Shown piece after piece: positions 28,721-37,289 of a stretch of 64,000 nt of DNA. The notes beneath the pieces were generated by a model, which saw only the letters and a program-made list of their open reading frames with translations, ran no database searches and was not told the origin of the DNA. The position numbers were made by a program, and so were the translations under genes. The stretch's first letter is position 1. Every line of letters begins with the position of its first letter. The stretch is from Lachnospiraceae bacterium (GTDB taxonomy: Bacteria > Bacillota > Clostridia > Oscillospirales > CAG-272), in NCBI GenBank assembly GCA_024404495.1, contig JAKSPT010000002.1:41410-105409 (forward strand), written 5' to 3'.

Positions 28721-28778
28721 TCATGGGCGAGTGACGGAACGCTTTTGCAATTCATTTCATTCCGCAGGAGGTGAGAAA

Positions 28779-30032
28779 ATGCCATACAGCGAGCTGATCA
28801 AGAATTTTTCCCGCGTGCGCGACTATATGCGGGAATTCTACGTTTACGGCTTCAAGAGCCGCGACGAATACACGAAAAAGAGCGCCCGTTCCTACGACGA
28901 CGAGAAGCGCCGGATGGAGAGCCTGCTCGGCGACCGGATGCGCTTCCGCAGGACGGCGGAAGGAAAGAACGTCTTCCTTTCGATCGACACCCGCGTTTCC
29001 CGCCGCAATCCGCTGTACAAGGCGTGGAAGGCGAAAAGCTTCACCGACGGCGATATCACGCTCCATTTTCTTCTGCTTGACCTTCTTGCCTCCGAAAAAA
29101 GCGGTCTTTCCGTTCCGGAGATCACCGACCGACTTTCGGGCGTCTTCCCGGATTCGGCGCGCGTTTTCGACGAATCCACCGTCCGAAAAAAGCTGAAGGA
29201 ATACGAAGCCGAGGGGCTGGTCCGCACCGAAAAGAGCGGGAAAAGCCTTTTGTATTCTCTTTCCTGCCCGAACGATCTGGCGCCCTGCGCCGATATGCTC
29301 GGGTTCTTTTCCGAGGTCTCGCCCTGCGGCGTGATCGGTTCCTTCCTGCTTGACAAGACCGACGCGGGGGAGGGAAGCTTCGCGTTCAAGCATCATTACA
29401 TCACCGGCGCGCTCGACAGCGGGATCGCTGCTGAACTGTTCGCCGCGATGCGGGAAAAGCGGAGCGTGATCCTCGAAAACGCGAACCGGAAGAACGACAG
29501 CGTCGCAAAGATCGTCGCCGTGCCGCTGAAGATCATGTGCAGCGCGCAGAGCGGAAGGCAGTATCTGATGGCGTTTGTGCCGCGGTTCCGCAGGATCACC
29601 TCGTTCCGGCTTGACAATATCCTGTCGGTCACGGCGGGGGAGGAATGCGAACGGTTCGATGAATACCGTGCCGCGCTTGCCGGAATGCGGAAAAATATGT
29701 GGGGGATCAGTACGCAGAGCCGGGGCGGCGACAGGCTCGAACACGTGGAATTCACCGTCCGGTATGGAAAAAACGAACCGTACATCCGTCAGCGGCTCGA
29801 ACGGGAAAAACGGTGCGGAACGGTCGAGGATATCGACGGGAACACCGCGAAATTCTCCGCCGACGTGTTCGACGCGAGCGAAATGATCCCGTGGATCCGC
29901 ACCTTCCTCTGCCGGATCACCGAAATTCATTTTTCGGACCCGGACACGGAAAAGCGGTTCCTTGACGATCTTCACGCGATGTACGGTCTGTACGGGCTCG
30001 GAGAGGAGGCGGACGGAAATGCTGTTCAGTGA
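28779..30032 (+). CDS. WYL-domain transcriptional regulator-like protein (HTH-WYL-WCX type, PafB/PafC/YafY-like), first of a tandem pair
   Basis: The N-terminus MPYSELIKNFSRVRDYMREFYVYGFKSRDEY resembles the conserved N-terminus of clostridial WYL regulators; AGGAGG RBS; 14-nt overlap with the next gene. Confidence 0.5.
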   Translation: MPYSELIKNFSRVRDYMREFYVYGFKSRDEYTKKSARSYDDEKRRMESLLGDRMRFRRTAEGKNVFLSIDTRVSRRNPLYKAWKAKSFTDGDITLHFLLLDLLASEKSGLSVPEITDRLSGVFPDSARVFDESTVRKKLKEYEAEGLVRTEKSGKSLLYSLSCPNDLAPCADMLGFFSEVSPCGVIGSFLLDKTDAGEGSFAFKHHYITGALDSGIAAELFAAMREKRSVILENANRKNDSVAKIVAVPLKIMCSAQSGRQYLMAFVPRFRRITSFRLDNILSVTAGEECERFDEYRAALAGMRKNMWGISTQSRGGDRLEHVEFTVRYGKNEPYIRQRLEREKRCGTVEDIDGNTAKFSADVFDASEMIPWIRTFLCRITEIHFSDPDTEKRFLDDLHAMYGLYGLGEEADGNAVQ

Positions 30033-30930
30033 GCTTTACGGCGCATACTACAACGCCGTCGCCGCGATCCTGAAAAAAGCCGCGGAAAAACCGCTGACGA
30101 AAGAAGAAATGCGGCAGACCGTGGAAAAATACGCCTTCGGGGAAAGCTTCGTGACCATTGAAGCGGCGCTCCGGAACGGCGACTGGCCGCTGCTCGGGGA
30201 AGACGGCAGGTCGGTTCTGAAAAACGCGCCCGAAATGCCGCTGACCCTGCTTCAGAAGCGGTGGCTGAAGGCGATCTCGCTCGACCCGAGGGTGAAGCTG
30301 TTCGGCGACTGTATTCCGGACTTTCCGGAGGTCGAACCGCTTTTCACCGGGGAAGATTACGAGGTTTTCGACCGCTATTCCGACGGGGACGATTATTCCG
30401 ACGAGGGGTATATCGGCAGATTCCGTCTGATCCTCCGGGCGATCGGAGAACGGACCCCCCTGCGGTTCGAGGTGAAAAACCGGACGGGAGCGGTCAGCCG
30501 CTTCACGGCGATGCCGGAATACCTCGAGTATTCCGAAAAGGACGATAAATTCCGCCTGATGACCTCGGGCTGCCGGTACGGCTCGGTCGTCAACCTCGGC
30601 AGGATCGTTTCCTGCGAGGAGTGCTTCGGGGAACTCCGGGGCAGCCCGCCGAGGGAACGGCGCCGCGCGGAGGAGACCCTCGTCTTCGAGATCACGGACG
30701 AAAGAAAAGCGCTCGAACGGGTTTTAATGCACTTCGCCCACTTTGAAAAGGAGGCGGAGCGGATCGGGGAAAAGACCTACCGCGTCTCGCTCCGGTACGA
30801 TAAGGACGACGAGACCGAGCTCGTTATCCGCGTTCTGTCCTTCGGACCGTTTCTCCGGGTGGTTTCTCCGCAAAGCTTCGTCAATCTGATCCGGGAGCGC
30901 CTGATGATGCAGAAAAAATACGGACTGTAA
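30019..30930 (+). CDS. WYL-domain protein, paralogue of the upstream gene (PafC-like partner)
   Basis: N-terminus MLFSELYGAYYNAV parallels the first gene; C-terminal WCX-like end RVVSPQSFVNLIRERLMMQKK. Confidence 0.5.
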   Translation: MLFSELYGAYYNAVAAILKKAAEKPLTKEEMRQTVEKYAFGESFVTIEAALRNGDWPLLGEDGRSVLKNAPEMPLTLLQKRWLKAISLDPRVKLFGDCIPDFPEVEPLFTGEDYEVFDRYSDGDDYSDEGYIGRFRLILRAIGERTPLRFEVKNRTGAVSRFTAMPEYLEYSEKDDKFRLMTSGCRYGSVVNLGRIVSCEECFGELRGSPPRERRRAEETLVFEITDERKALERVLMHFAHFEKEAERIGEKTYRVSLRYDKDDETELVIRVLSFGPFLRVVSPQSFVNLIRERLMMQKKYGL

Positions 30931-31083
30931 TCAAAAACGTCGGAAATTTCCGGCGTTTCAGAGGATGTAAAAAAAGGAAACTTTTTTTACATCCTCTGTT
31001 TTCGCAGCTTTTTTTCCGTGATAATCCTTGTTTTCTATGGTATGATGGTATTGCGGAAACGGAAACGGGTGAATGAAATCACC

Positions 31084-31212
31084 GCGCTGCGCGGGGAGAT
31101 TCCGAAGCGTATGGCGGTTTCCGGATTTGCAAAGGGCAATCACGCACAGTGATGGGGTTCAACTCCCCGCTATATCGCAGGTTCGAATCCTGCCGTGCGC
31201 CGCTTTTTGTGC
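31084..31212 (+). ncRNA. Structured ncRNA with a tRNA-like T-arm; candidate Y RNA/YrlA-like tRNA mimic upstream of rtcB
   Basis: Possible -10 (tatgat) at ~31043; an 11-bp closing stem gcgctgcgcgg (31084-31094) pairs with ccgtgcgccgc (31193-31203), followed by a T-run. Internal hairpins include gggg-ttcaact-cccc and a near-canonical T-arm gcagg-TTCGAAT-cctgc. It lacks an anticodon arm and CCA, so it is not a functional tRNA. Confidence 0.45.
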
Positions 31213-31435
31213 GTATCGCCAGTGGATTGGTGTAAAAATTGCTCCGAAAAAACGCTTATCCCGTCCGGCAGAAATGCCGGACAGCGGGGAAACGGCCCTG
31301 CCGGGGAGGGGATACCGCCGTATCCCGACAAAGATCAGACCTTGCGTCCCGTCTTTGAAAGGAGCGGCTCAACGTTCCCGCCGCCGTTTTCCCGCGGATA
31401 AGCGAACGAAAATCATACCGAAAGGATAACATATT

Positions 31436-32566
31436 ATGAAAAAGGTTATTATCAACGAAAAACAGAAGGGCTTTCTTTTTAAGAACGGAAAATACGTCCG
31501 CACCGTCGGCGCGGGAAAATATCTCCTTTGGGGTGGGAAAACGGTCGAGGTCTCGGAGCTCGGAGGCGAGATCGTCTGCGCCGGGTGCCCGCTCGACGTA
31601 CTGCTGGAGGACGAGGCGTTCGCTTCGCAGGTCACGGTCGCCGAGGTCAACGACGAGGAGCTCGTTCTCCATTTCGTGAACGGGAGATTTGCGGGCGTCC
31701 TCCGCACGCGCGGAAAACACGCCTTCTGGAACGGAAAGGATGCTCACGAATTCCGTTCCGTGGACGTCTCCTCCCCCGAAGTCGGGGAAGACGTTCCGAG
31801 ATATCTGTTCGAGTCGCTTCATCCCTCGCTGTACGAGAGGATCGAGGTGGCGGAGTATCAGAGAGGGAGGCTGTTCCTCGATAACCGCTTCGTCCGCGTT
31901 CTCGAACCGGGGACCTATTATTTCTGGAGGACGGGCGTGAAGGTGGAGGTCAATACCGTCGATACCCGTCTGACGAAGATGGAGATCACCGGGCAGGAGA
32001 TCATGACGCAGGATAAGGTGGCGCTCCGCATCAATTTCGTCTGCAATTACCGCGTAACCGATTTCGTCCGGGTCCTGACCGAGATCGACAACTATGAGGA
32101 ACAGATGCACGTCGCGGCACAGCTTGCCCTTCGCGATTACGTCGGCAGATACAGGCTCGACGAGATCCTCGAAAACAAGGACGGTCTTTCCCGCTTCGTA
32201 TGCGAAAAGCTGAAGGAGAAGGAAAACGAGCTCTTCGTGGAGATCAAGGACGCCGGGGTCAAGGATATCATCCTTCCCGGCGAGATCCGCGATATCATGA
32301 ACACGGTCCTGCTCGCGGAAAAGAAGGCGCAGGCAAACGTCATCACCCGCCGCGAAGAGGTCGCCTCTACCCGTTCGCTTCTGAACACGGCGAAGCTGAT
32401 GGAGGAGAACCGTACGCTTTACAAGCTGAAGGAACTGGAATATGTGGAGCACATCTGCGAAAACGTCGGCAATATCACGCTGAACGGGAGCGGAGATATG
32501 CTCTCCCAGCTCCTCGGACTCATGAGGGGCGGAAAACAGACGGAAGAAGGGGATTTTGATGTTTGA
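31436..32566 (+). CDS. SPFH/band-7 (slipin/stomatin-like) domain protein
   Basis: Band-7 core pattern (EITGQEIMTQDKVALRINFVCNYRVTD...) followed by a coiled-coil; overlaps rtcB by 8 nt. Confidence 0.6.
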   Translation: MKKVIINEKQKGFLFKNGKYVRTVGAGKYLLWGGKTVEVSELGGEIVCAGCPLDVLLEDEAFASQVTVAEVNDEELVLHFVNGRFAGVLRTRGKHAFWNGKDAHEFRSVDVSSPEVGEDVPRYLFESLHPSLYERIEVAEYQRGRLFLDNRFVRVLEPGTYYFWRTGVKVEVNTVDTRLTKMEITGQEIMTQDKVALRINFVCNYRVTDFVRVLTEIDNYEEQMHVAAQLALRDYVGRYRLDEILENKDGLSRFVCEKLKEKENELFVEIKDAGVKDIILPGEIRDIMNTVLLAEKKAQANVITRREEVASTRSLLNTAKLMEENRTLYKLKELEYVEHICENVGNITLNGSGDMLSQLLGLMRGGKQTEEGDFDV

Positions 32567-33836
32567 CATACAGGGAAAAGTCACGACCGCCGTCTGCTAT
32601 GCGAAGGTGGTCGAGGACGCGGCGATCGAGCAGATCCGCAGAATGTGCGACTCCCCGCTGACCGAGAATGCCAAGGTCCGCGTCATGCCCGACGTTCACG
32701 CGGGCAAGGGCTGTACGATCGGGACGACGATGACGGTCACCGACCGGGCGTGCCCCAACGTGGTCGGGGTCGATATCGGGTGCGGGATGTACACCGTGAA
32801 ACTTGCCGACAGGGAGCTCGATTTTGAAAAGCTTGACGGGGCGTGCCATTTCATTCCCTCCGGAAAGAAGGTCTGGGAGGGAAGGATGGAGCGCTTCGAT
32901 CTGACCGGACTGCGCTGTTACCGTTCACTCCGCGACGCCAAACGGCTGGAGCGGTCGCTCGGTACGCTCGGCGGCGGGAACCACTTCATCGAGGTGGACA
33001 AAGCGGCGGACGGCACCTTTTATCTCGTCATCCATTCCGGAAGCCGGAACCTCGGCAAACAGGTCGCCGAGATCTATCAGCAGCTCGCGGTCGATCTGCA
33101 TTCCGGAAAAGAAGAGTACTTCAATAAGTGTGAGGAGATCATCCGTACCTACAAGGAGCAGGGAAGGCGCGCAGAGATTCAGGATACGCTGAAGGCGCTC
33201 AAAAAGGAATTCAAGTCAAAGGATCCCGACGTCCCCGAGGACCTCTGTTGGCTTTACGGCACTTATCTTGACGACTACCTTCACGACGTGGAGATCTGTC
33301 AGGCATTTGCCCGCAGAAGCCGCGAGCGGATGGCGGAAATCATTCTCGAAAGGACCGGAATGACCGCCGTCGAGTCCTTCCATACCGTTCACAACTACAT
33401 AGACACCGGGGAAAGGATCCTCCGCAAGGGCGCGATCGCAGCGCACGCGGGCGAGAAGGTCCTCATCCCGATCAATATGCGCGACGGTTCGGTCATCGCG
33501 ACCGGACGCGGCAATCCCGAGTGGAACTTTTCCGCTCCCCACGGCGCGGGGCGCGTGATGTCGAGAGCCACGGCGAAGGAAACGCTCGATATGGAGACCT
33601 ACCGCGCGGCGATGGAGGGAATCTATACGACTTCCGTTAATCCCGATACGATCGACGAGGCGCCGATGGCGTATAAATCGCTTGAGGACATCATCGACGT
33701 GATCCGCGATACCGTGGACGTGATCGAGGTCATGAAGCCGGTCTACAACTTCAAGGCATCCGGAAACGGCACCCCGTGGGAGAACGGGAAAGAAGACCCG
33801 AGCGGGGATGACGGCGCGCAGAACGAGGCGGAATAA
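32559..33836 (+). CDS. rtcB: RtcB-family RNA ligase (3'-phosphate/5'-OH RNA-splicing ligase), short 425-aa form
   Basis: RtcB metal- and GTP-binding motifs (VMPDVHAGKGCTIG, GGGNHFIE, APHGAGR); ATG at 32559 (the ORF track's 32556 is a TTG). Confidence 0.8.
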   Translation: MFDIQGKVTTAVCYAKVVEDAAIEQIRRMCDSPLTENAKVRVMPDVHAGKGCTIGTTMTVTDRACPNVVGVDIGCGMYTVKLADRELDFEKLDGACHFIPSGKKVWEGRMERFDLTGLRCYRSLRDAKRLERSLGTLGGGNHFIEVDKAADGTFYLVIHSGSRNLGKQVAEIYQQLAVDLHSGKEEYFNKCEEIIRTYKEQGRRAEIQDTLKALKKEFKSKDPDVPEDLCWLYGTYLDDYLHDVEICQAFARRSRERMAEIILERTGMTAVESFHTVHNYIDTGERILRKGAIAAHAGEKVLIPINMRDGSVIATGRGNPEWNFSAPHGAGRVMSRATAKETLDMETYRAAMEGIYTTSVNPDTIDEAPMAYKSLEDIIDVIRDTVDVIEVMKPVYNFKASGNGTPWENGKEDPSGDDGAQNEAE

Positions 33837-33916
33837 AAACGAAGGGGTACTGCAGAAACGGGCGGTATCCCTTTTTTGCGGAAAAATGCCGGAGAGGAAA
33901 AGCGCGTGAAAGCCTC

Positions 33917-33945
33917 TTGCGTTTTTGAGGGAACTGTGATACAAT
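33917..33945 (+). promoter_or_regulatory. Sigma70-type promoter
   Basis: TTGCGT (33917-33922), 17-nt spacer, TGnTACAAT (33940-33945). Confidence 0.5.
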
Positions 33946-34041
33946 TTTATGTGAAAAAGGACCGGACGGACGTTCGGCACACTGACGAGCCTTGCCGCCG
34001 TGACGGTCTGATTTCCGACTGCCTGAAAAGAGGGAACGACG

Positions 34042-34713
34042 ATGAAACGAAAACTGCTGATCGGAGCGCTTTCCAAGTTTCTTGCCGGACTTTTTCTGCT
34101 CGGTTTGCTTCTTTTCGTCCCTGCCGGAACGGTCCGGTTCCCCGGCGCGTGGAGGCTGATCGCGATCCTGTTCCTGCCGATGCTGATCCTCGGTGCCGTG
34201 CTGTTCTTCAGGGCGCCGGATCTTTTGGAAAAGCGGCTGAACAGCAGGGAAAAGTCGGGCGTGCAGAAGACCGTTGTCGCTCTTTCCGCGCTTGAATTCA
34301 TCGCGTGCTTCGTGCTTGCCGGGTTGGATTTCCGGTTCGGATGGTCGCACCTTCCGGCATGGCTGATCGCGGCGGCGTGCGTTCTGTTCGTCGGCTGCTA
34401 CGGGCTCTACGCCGAGGTGATGCGGGAAAACGCTTATCTTTCCCGGACCGTGGAGGTGCAGGAGGGGCAGAAGGTGATCTCGTCGGGGCTGTACGGGCTT
34501 GTGCGGCATCCGATGTATTTTTCCGTGGTGCTGCTTTTCTGGGCAATGCCGCTCGTGCTCGGTTCCGTGCCGGCGTTTCTCGTGATGCTCCCGTTCCCCG
34601 CGCTTCTGGTCAGAAGGATCAAAGACGAGGAAGCGATATTGGAAGAAGGTCTGCCGGGATACCGTGAATACGAAAAAAAGGTCAGATTCCGTCTGATCCC
34701 GTTTGTCTGGTGA
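34042..34713 (+). CDS. Isoprenylcysteine carboxyl methyltransferase (ICMT)/phospholipid methyltransferase-family membrane protein
   Basis: Multi-TM protein with the C-terminal motif RHPMYFSVVLLF...EE..L...G..Y..Y typical of ICMT/PEMT. Confidence 0.65.
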   Translation: MKRKLLIGALSKFLAGLFLLGLLLFVPAGTVRFPGAWRLIAILFLPMLILGAVLFFRAPDLLEKRLNSREKSGVQKTVVALSALEFIACFVLAGLDFRFGWSHLPAWLIAAACVLFVGCYGLYAEVMRENAYLSRTVEVQEGQKVISSGLYGLVRHPMYFSVVLLFWAMPLVLGSVPAFLVMLPFPALLVRRIKDEEAILEEGLPGYREYEKKVRFRLIPFVW

Positions 34714-34734
34714 CGGCAGAAGAAAGGAAATCCC

Positions 34735-35262
34735 ATGAAAAGAAAAAGTGCCGGCGGATTCCTCGCGGCTGTCGTTTTATGCCTGCTGCTTGCCGGATGC
34801 GCGGTTCCCGGCGGGGAGCCGGAAACCACGGAAAGGCAGGATACCGATCCGCCGGTGACGCAAACCGAAGCGGTCACGGAAGCGCCCGGAACGGAAACAA
34901 TACCGGAACCCGCGCCCGGAACGGCGCCGGAAACGCAGCCGGAACCCGCTGACCCGTACCGTCAGGTCTCCCCGGAGGAAGCCAAGCGGATCATGGATAC
35001 GGAAAACGGATATCTGATCCTTGACGTGCGCACCGAAGAGGAATACGCGGAGGGGCATATCCCCGGCGCGGTCGTGATCCCGGTCGAGGAGCTCGGAGAG
35101 CGGGCGGAAAAGGAGCTGCCCGACAAAGACCGGCTGATCCTCGTTTACTGCCGCGGCGGCGTCAGAAGCAAGGCGGCGGCGCAGACCCTTGCCGGACTCG
35201 GCTATACGAATATCGTTGAATTCGGCGGGATCCTTTCATGGCCCTACGAAACAGAACAATGA
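34735..35262 (+). CDS. Rhodanese-domain lipoprotein (sulfurtransferase-like)
   Basis: Lipobox LLLAGC; rhodanese active-site loop VYCRGGVRS. Confidence 0.75.
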   Translation: MKRKSAGGFLAAVVLCLLLAGCAVPGGEPETTERQDTDPPVTQTEAVTEAPGTETIPEPAPGTAPETQPEPADPYRQVSPEEAKRIMDTENGYLILDVRTEEEYAEGHIPGAVVIPVEELGERAEKELPDKDRLILVYCRGGVRSKAAAQTLAGLGYTNIVEFGGILSWPYETEQ

Positions 35263-35267
35263 AAAAT

Positions 35268-35310
35268 GACCGGAAAGAGAAATACGGATTCTCTTTCCGG
35301 TCTGTTTTTG
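35268..35310. terminator. Bidirectional rho-independent terminator between convergent genes
   Basis: accggaaagagaa-tacggat-tctctttccggt flanked by T/A runs on both strands. Confidence 0.65.
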
Positions 35311-35319
35311 CGAAAAAGA

Positions 35320-36237
35320 TCAGAACAGATCGAGCATACTGTCGAGATAGAGCTCTTCTCTGACCTTCAGCCGGTATTCCGGCTTCGTCAGATAATACAG
35401 TAAAAATTCCAGAAGCACGGCGCTGCCGAGCCCGCGCCCCTCGATCTTGAAGTCGGAAAAGCCCATCGGCAGATAAACGTCCCGGATGGCGTCGGTCCCG
35501 ATGAAGGCGGGGCTTTCCATCGCCCGCGAGAACCGATAACCCTCGCTGCCGCCCGGCGCGCGGCAGATATGGTCGGGACAGGGCTCGCCGAGGCATTTTC
35601 GGCTGACGTTTTCGTAGCAGGCTTTTCTTTCGGTACAGCCGATATCGCAGCATTCGTTGCAGAGGAATTCCACTTTCGCTTTTTCGGCGTCGGAGAGGGA
35701 AGCGAGCCGGTCGAACCGTTTGTTCAGCCGGAAATCGGGAACGACGAAACGGAATTCGTCCCGGTCAAGCTCGGCTTTGAAATCGTCAAAATCGGTCAGT
35801 ACCTTCGTCGTCGAGGAGACGAGATACAGCCCGGGGTATTCTTTTTTCAGACGGTCGGTCAGAAGCTCCGAATGGACGATGACGCCGTTCGGAACGCCGC
35901 TTTCCAAGCCCTTCTTTTCAAAAAGCGAACAGAGACGATTGCATTTCCGGTCGGAAAGATGCTCGGGCCGCAGCAGGGAATTGCTGAAGGTGAGCCGGGC
36001 GGAGATGCCGTACTCCCCGAGCAGGGCGAGAACGTCCTCCGCGTTGTTTTCGCCGTCTCCCACTCTGCCGCCGCCCCAGATACAGCCGGCGGGTGCGCCG
36101 TAGACCGAGGCGATCGCGGCGTCCGGGTAAAAATATTCCGGGCGGCTGAAGAAAAGCGGGAAAAACGCCTGATAGAATTCGTAAAATGCAAAGAGCCCGG
36201 GCAGATGGAAGCGGGCGGTTCCGAGCGGACGGTTCAT
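35320..36237 (-). CDS. Hypothetical protein with a C-terminal Cys-rich region (possibly peptidase U32-like)
   Basis: Start trimmed to MNRPLGT at 36237 (GGAGG RBS); Cys cluster FLCNECCDIGCTERKACYENVSRKCLGEPCPDHIC. Confidence 0.45.
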   Translation of the reverse strand: MNRPLGTARFHLPGLFAFYEFYQAFFPLFFSRPEYFYPDAAIASVYGAPAGCIWGGGRVGDGENNAEDVLALLGEYGISARLTFSNSLLRPEHLSDRKCNRLCSLFEKKGLESGVPNGVIVHSELLTDRLKKEYPGLYLVSSTTKVLTDFDDFKAELDRDEFRFVVPDFRLNKRFDRLASLSDAEKAKVEFLCNECCDIGCTERKACYENVSRKCLGEPCPDHICRAPGGSEGYRFSRAMESPAFIGTDAIRDVYLPMGFSDFKIEGRGLGSAVLLEFLLYYLTKPEYRLKVREELYLDSMLDLF

Positions 36238-36355
36238 TCTGTTCCTCCGGTTATATATTGTATGTATTGTAATACCGTTTCCGGATTCTGTCAAGGCGGG
36301 CGGAAAAGATCGCACGGCGTTTCCGAAAGAAAGAGTGAGGGATCCGTATTTTGTA

Positions 36356-36384
36356 TTGCATTTTTGAAAAGCCTATGGTACAAT
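36356..36384 (+). promoter_or_regulatory. Sigma70-type promoter
   Basis: TTGCAT (36356-36361), 17-nt spacer, TACAAT (36379-36384). Confidence 0.5.
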
Positions 36385-36467
36385 AAGAAAAAACGGAGAA
36401 TCACCGCTCCGTCTCCCACGGGCATCATATCATCGGGATCATTACGACAATTACGGAGGAAAAAGTC

Positions 36468-37289
36468 TTGAAATCGTTCAAAATCGGACAAAGTATTGAA
36501 AAAAGCCTGTACCCGATCGAAAGCAGACTGGAAGAAATGAACCGGGAAAGAAAAGAAGGAGAGAGAAAGCTCGCGGAGATCTGCGTCCCTGCTCTCGTTT
36601 CCGCGCTTCTGACCGCCGCCGTTTCCGACCGGCTGCTGTACGTCGATCCCATCAAGCCGTCGCTTGCGTTTAATTGGTACGAGAAGATCGTTTCCAACGG
36701 CTTCGGTATGATCGCCGTTTATCTTCTGACCTTTGCGGTGATCGCGCTTGCCGTTTTCGGCGTCATCCGGCTGATCCGCTTCTTCCTCGAAAAAAAGAGC
36801 GGAACGAAAGCCGCGCCCGCGAAAGACGAATACGCGGACAGATTCTATAAGATCATCATCCCGGAGATCATCACCGGAAGCGGAATGTTCGAGAAGGCGT
36901 ACGAGATCGAATGCGGAAACGTTGACGCCGAGGAGCTGACAGAAGGCGCGTCTGCTGCCGCGATGAACGCGGAGAATATCCGTCTGGAGGAGATCCCGAC
37001 GAAGGATATCAACCGCAAGGCGATGCTGTATTATTACGAGGCGCTTTATCATTTCCGCTCGATCATCCCCGAGCTTGAAACGATCATCTATTCCGAAGAC
37101 GCCCTGAACGCCGATCCCGTCGAGCGTTACCGCCGTATCGGGCAGGACGCCGTGACGGATGCGCTCCTCATCTGCCGCCACTGCGTGAACGAGATCTGCA
37201 AGCGCACCGAGGACGCGCACGAGGAGGAGATCATCGAGGCTTACGGCGACTACCTCCGCAAGGTCAGCGAGGTACAGTTCGACCGCTGA
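36468..37289 (+). CDS. Hypothetical membrane protein (273 aa), TTG start
   Basis: GGAGGA RBS 8 nt before the TTG; two TM helices; the C-terminal ~105 aa are duplicated immediately downstream. Confidence 0.5.
   Translation: MKSFKIGQSIEKSLYPIESRLEEMNRERKEGERKLAEICVPALVSALLTAAVSDRLLYVDPIKPSLAFNWYEKIVSNGFGMIAVYLLTFAVIALAVFGVIRLIRFFLEKKSGTKAAPAKDEYADRFYKIIIPEIITGSGMFEKAYEIECGNVDAEELTEGASAAAMNAENIRLEEIPTKDINRKAMLYYYEALYHFRSIIPELETIIYSEDALNADPVERYRRIGQDAVTDALLICRHCVNEICKRTEDAHEEEIIEAYGDYLRKVSEVQFDR

Noticed and set aside
28290-28724. Short ORFs translating the GC repeat (peptides containing RRAGPCVPPR at 28290-28724, 45174-45449, 53951-54457, 62647-63258)
   Set aside because: The shared peptide is simply the translation of the 29-bp terminal repeat in one frame; there is no RBS or codon-usage support; the regions are non-coding repeats.
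31084-31212. Interpretation of the T-arm-containing region as a genuine tRNA or as tmRNA
   Set aside because: No anticodon arm or acceptor pairing with a CCA end can be built. It is far too short for tmRNA and has no tag-peptide ORF. It is kept as a tRNA-mimic or Y RNA-like candidate instead.
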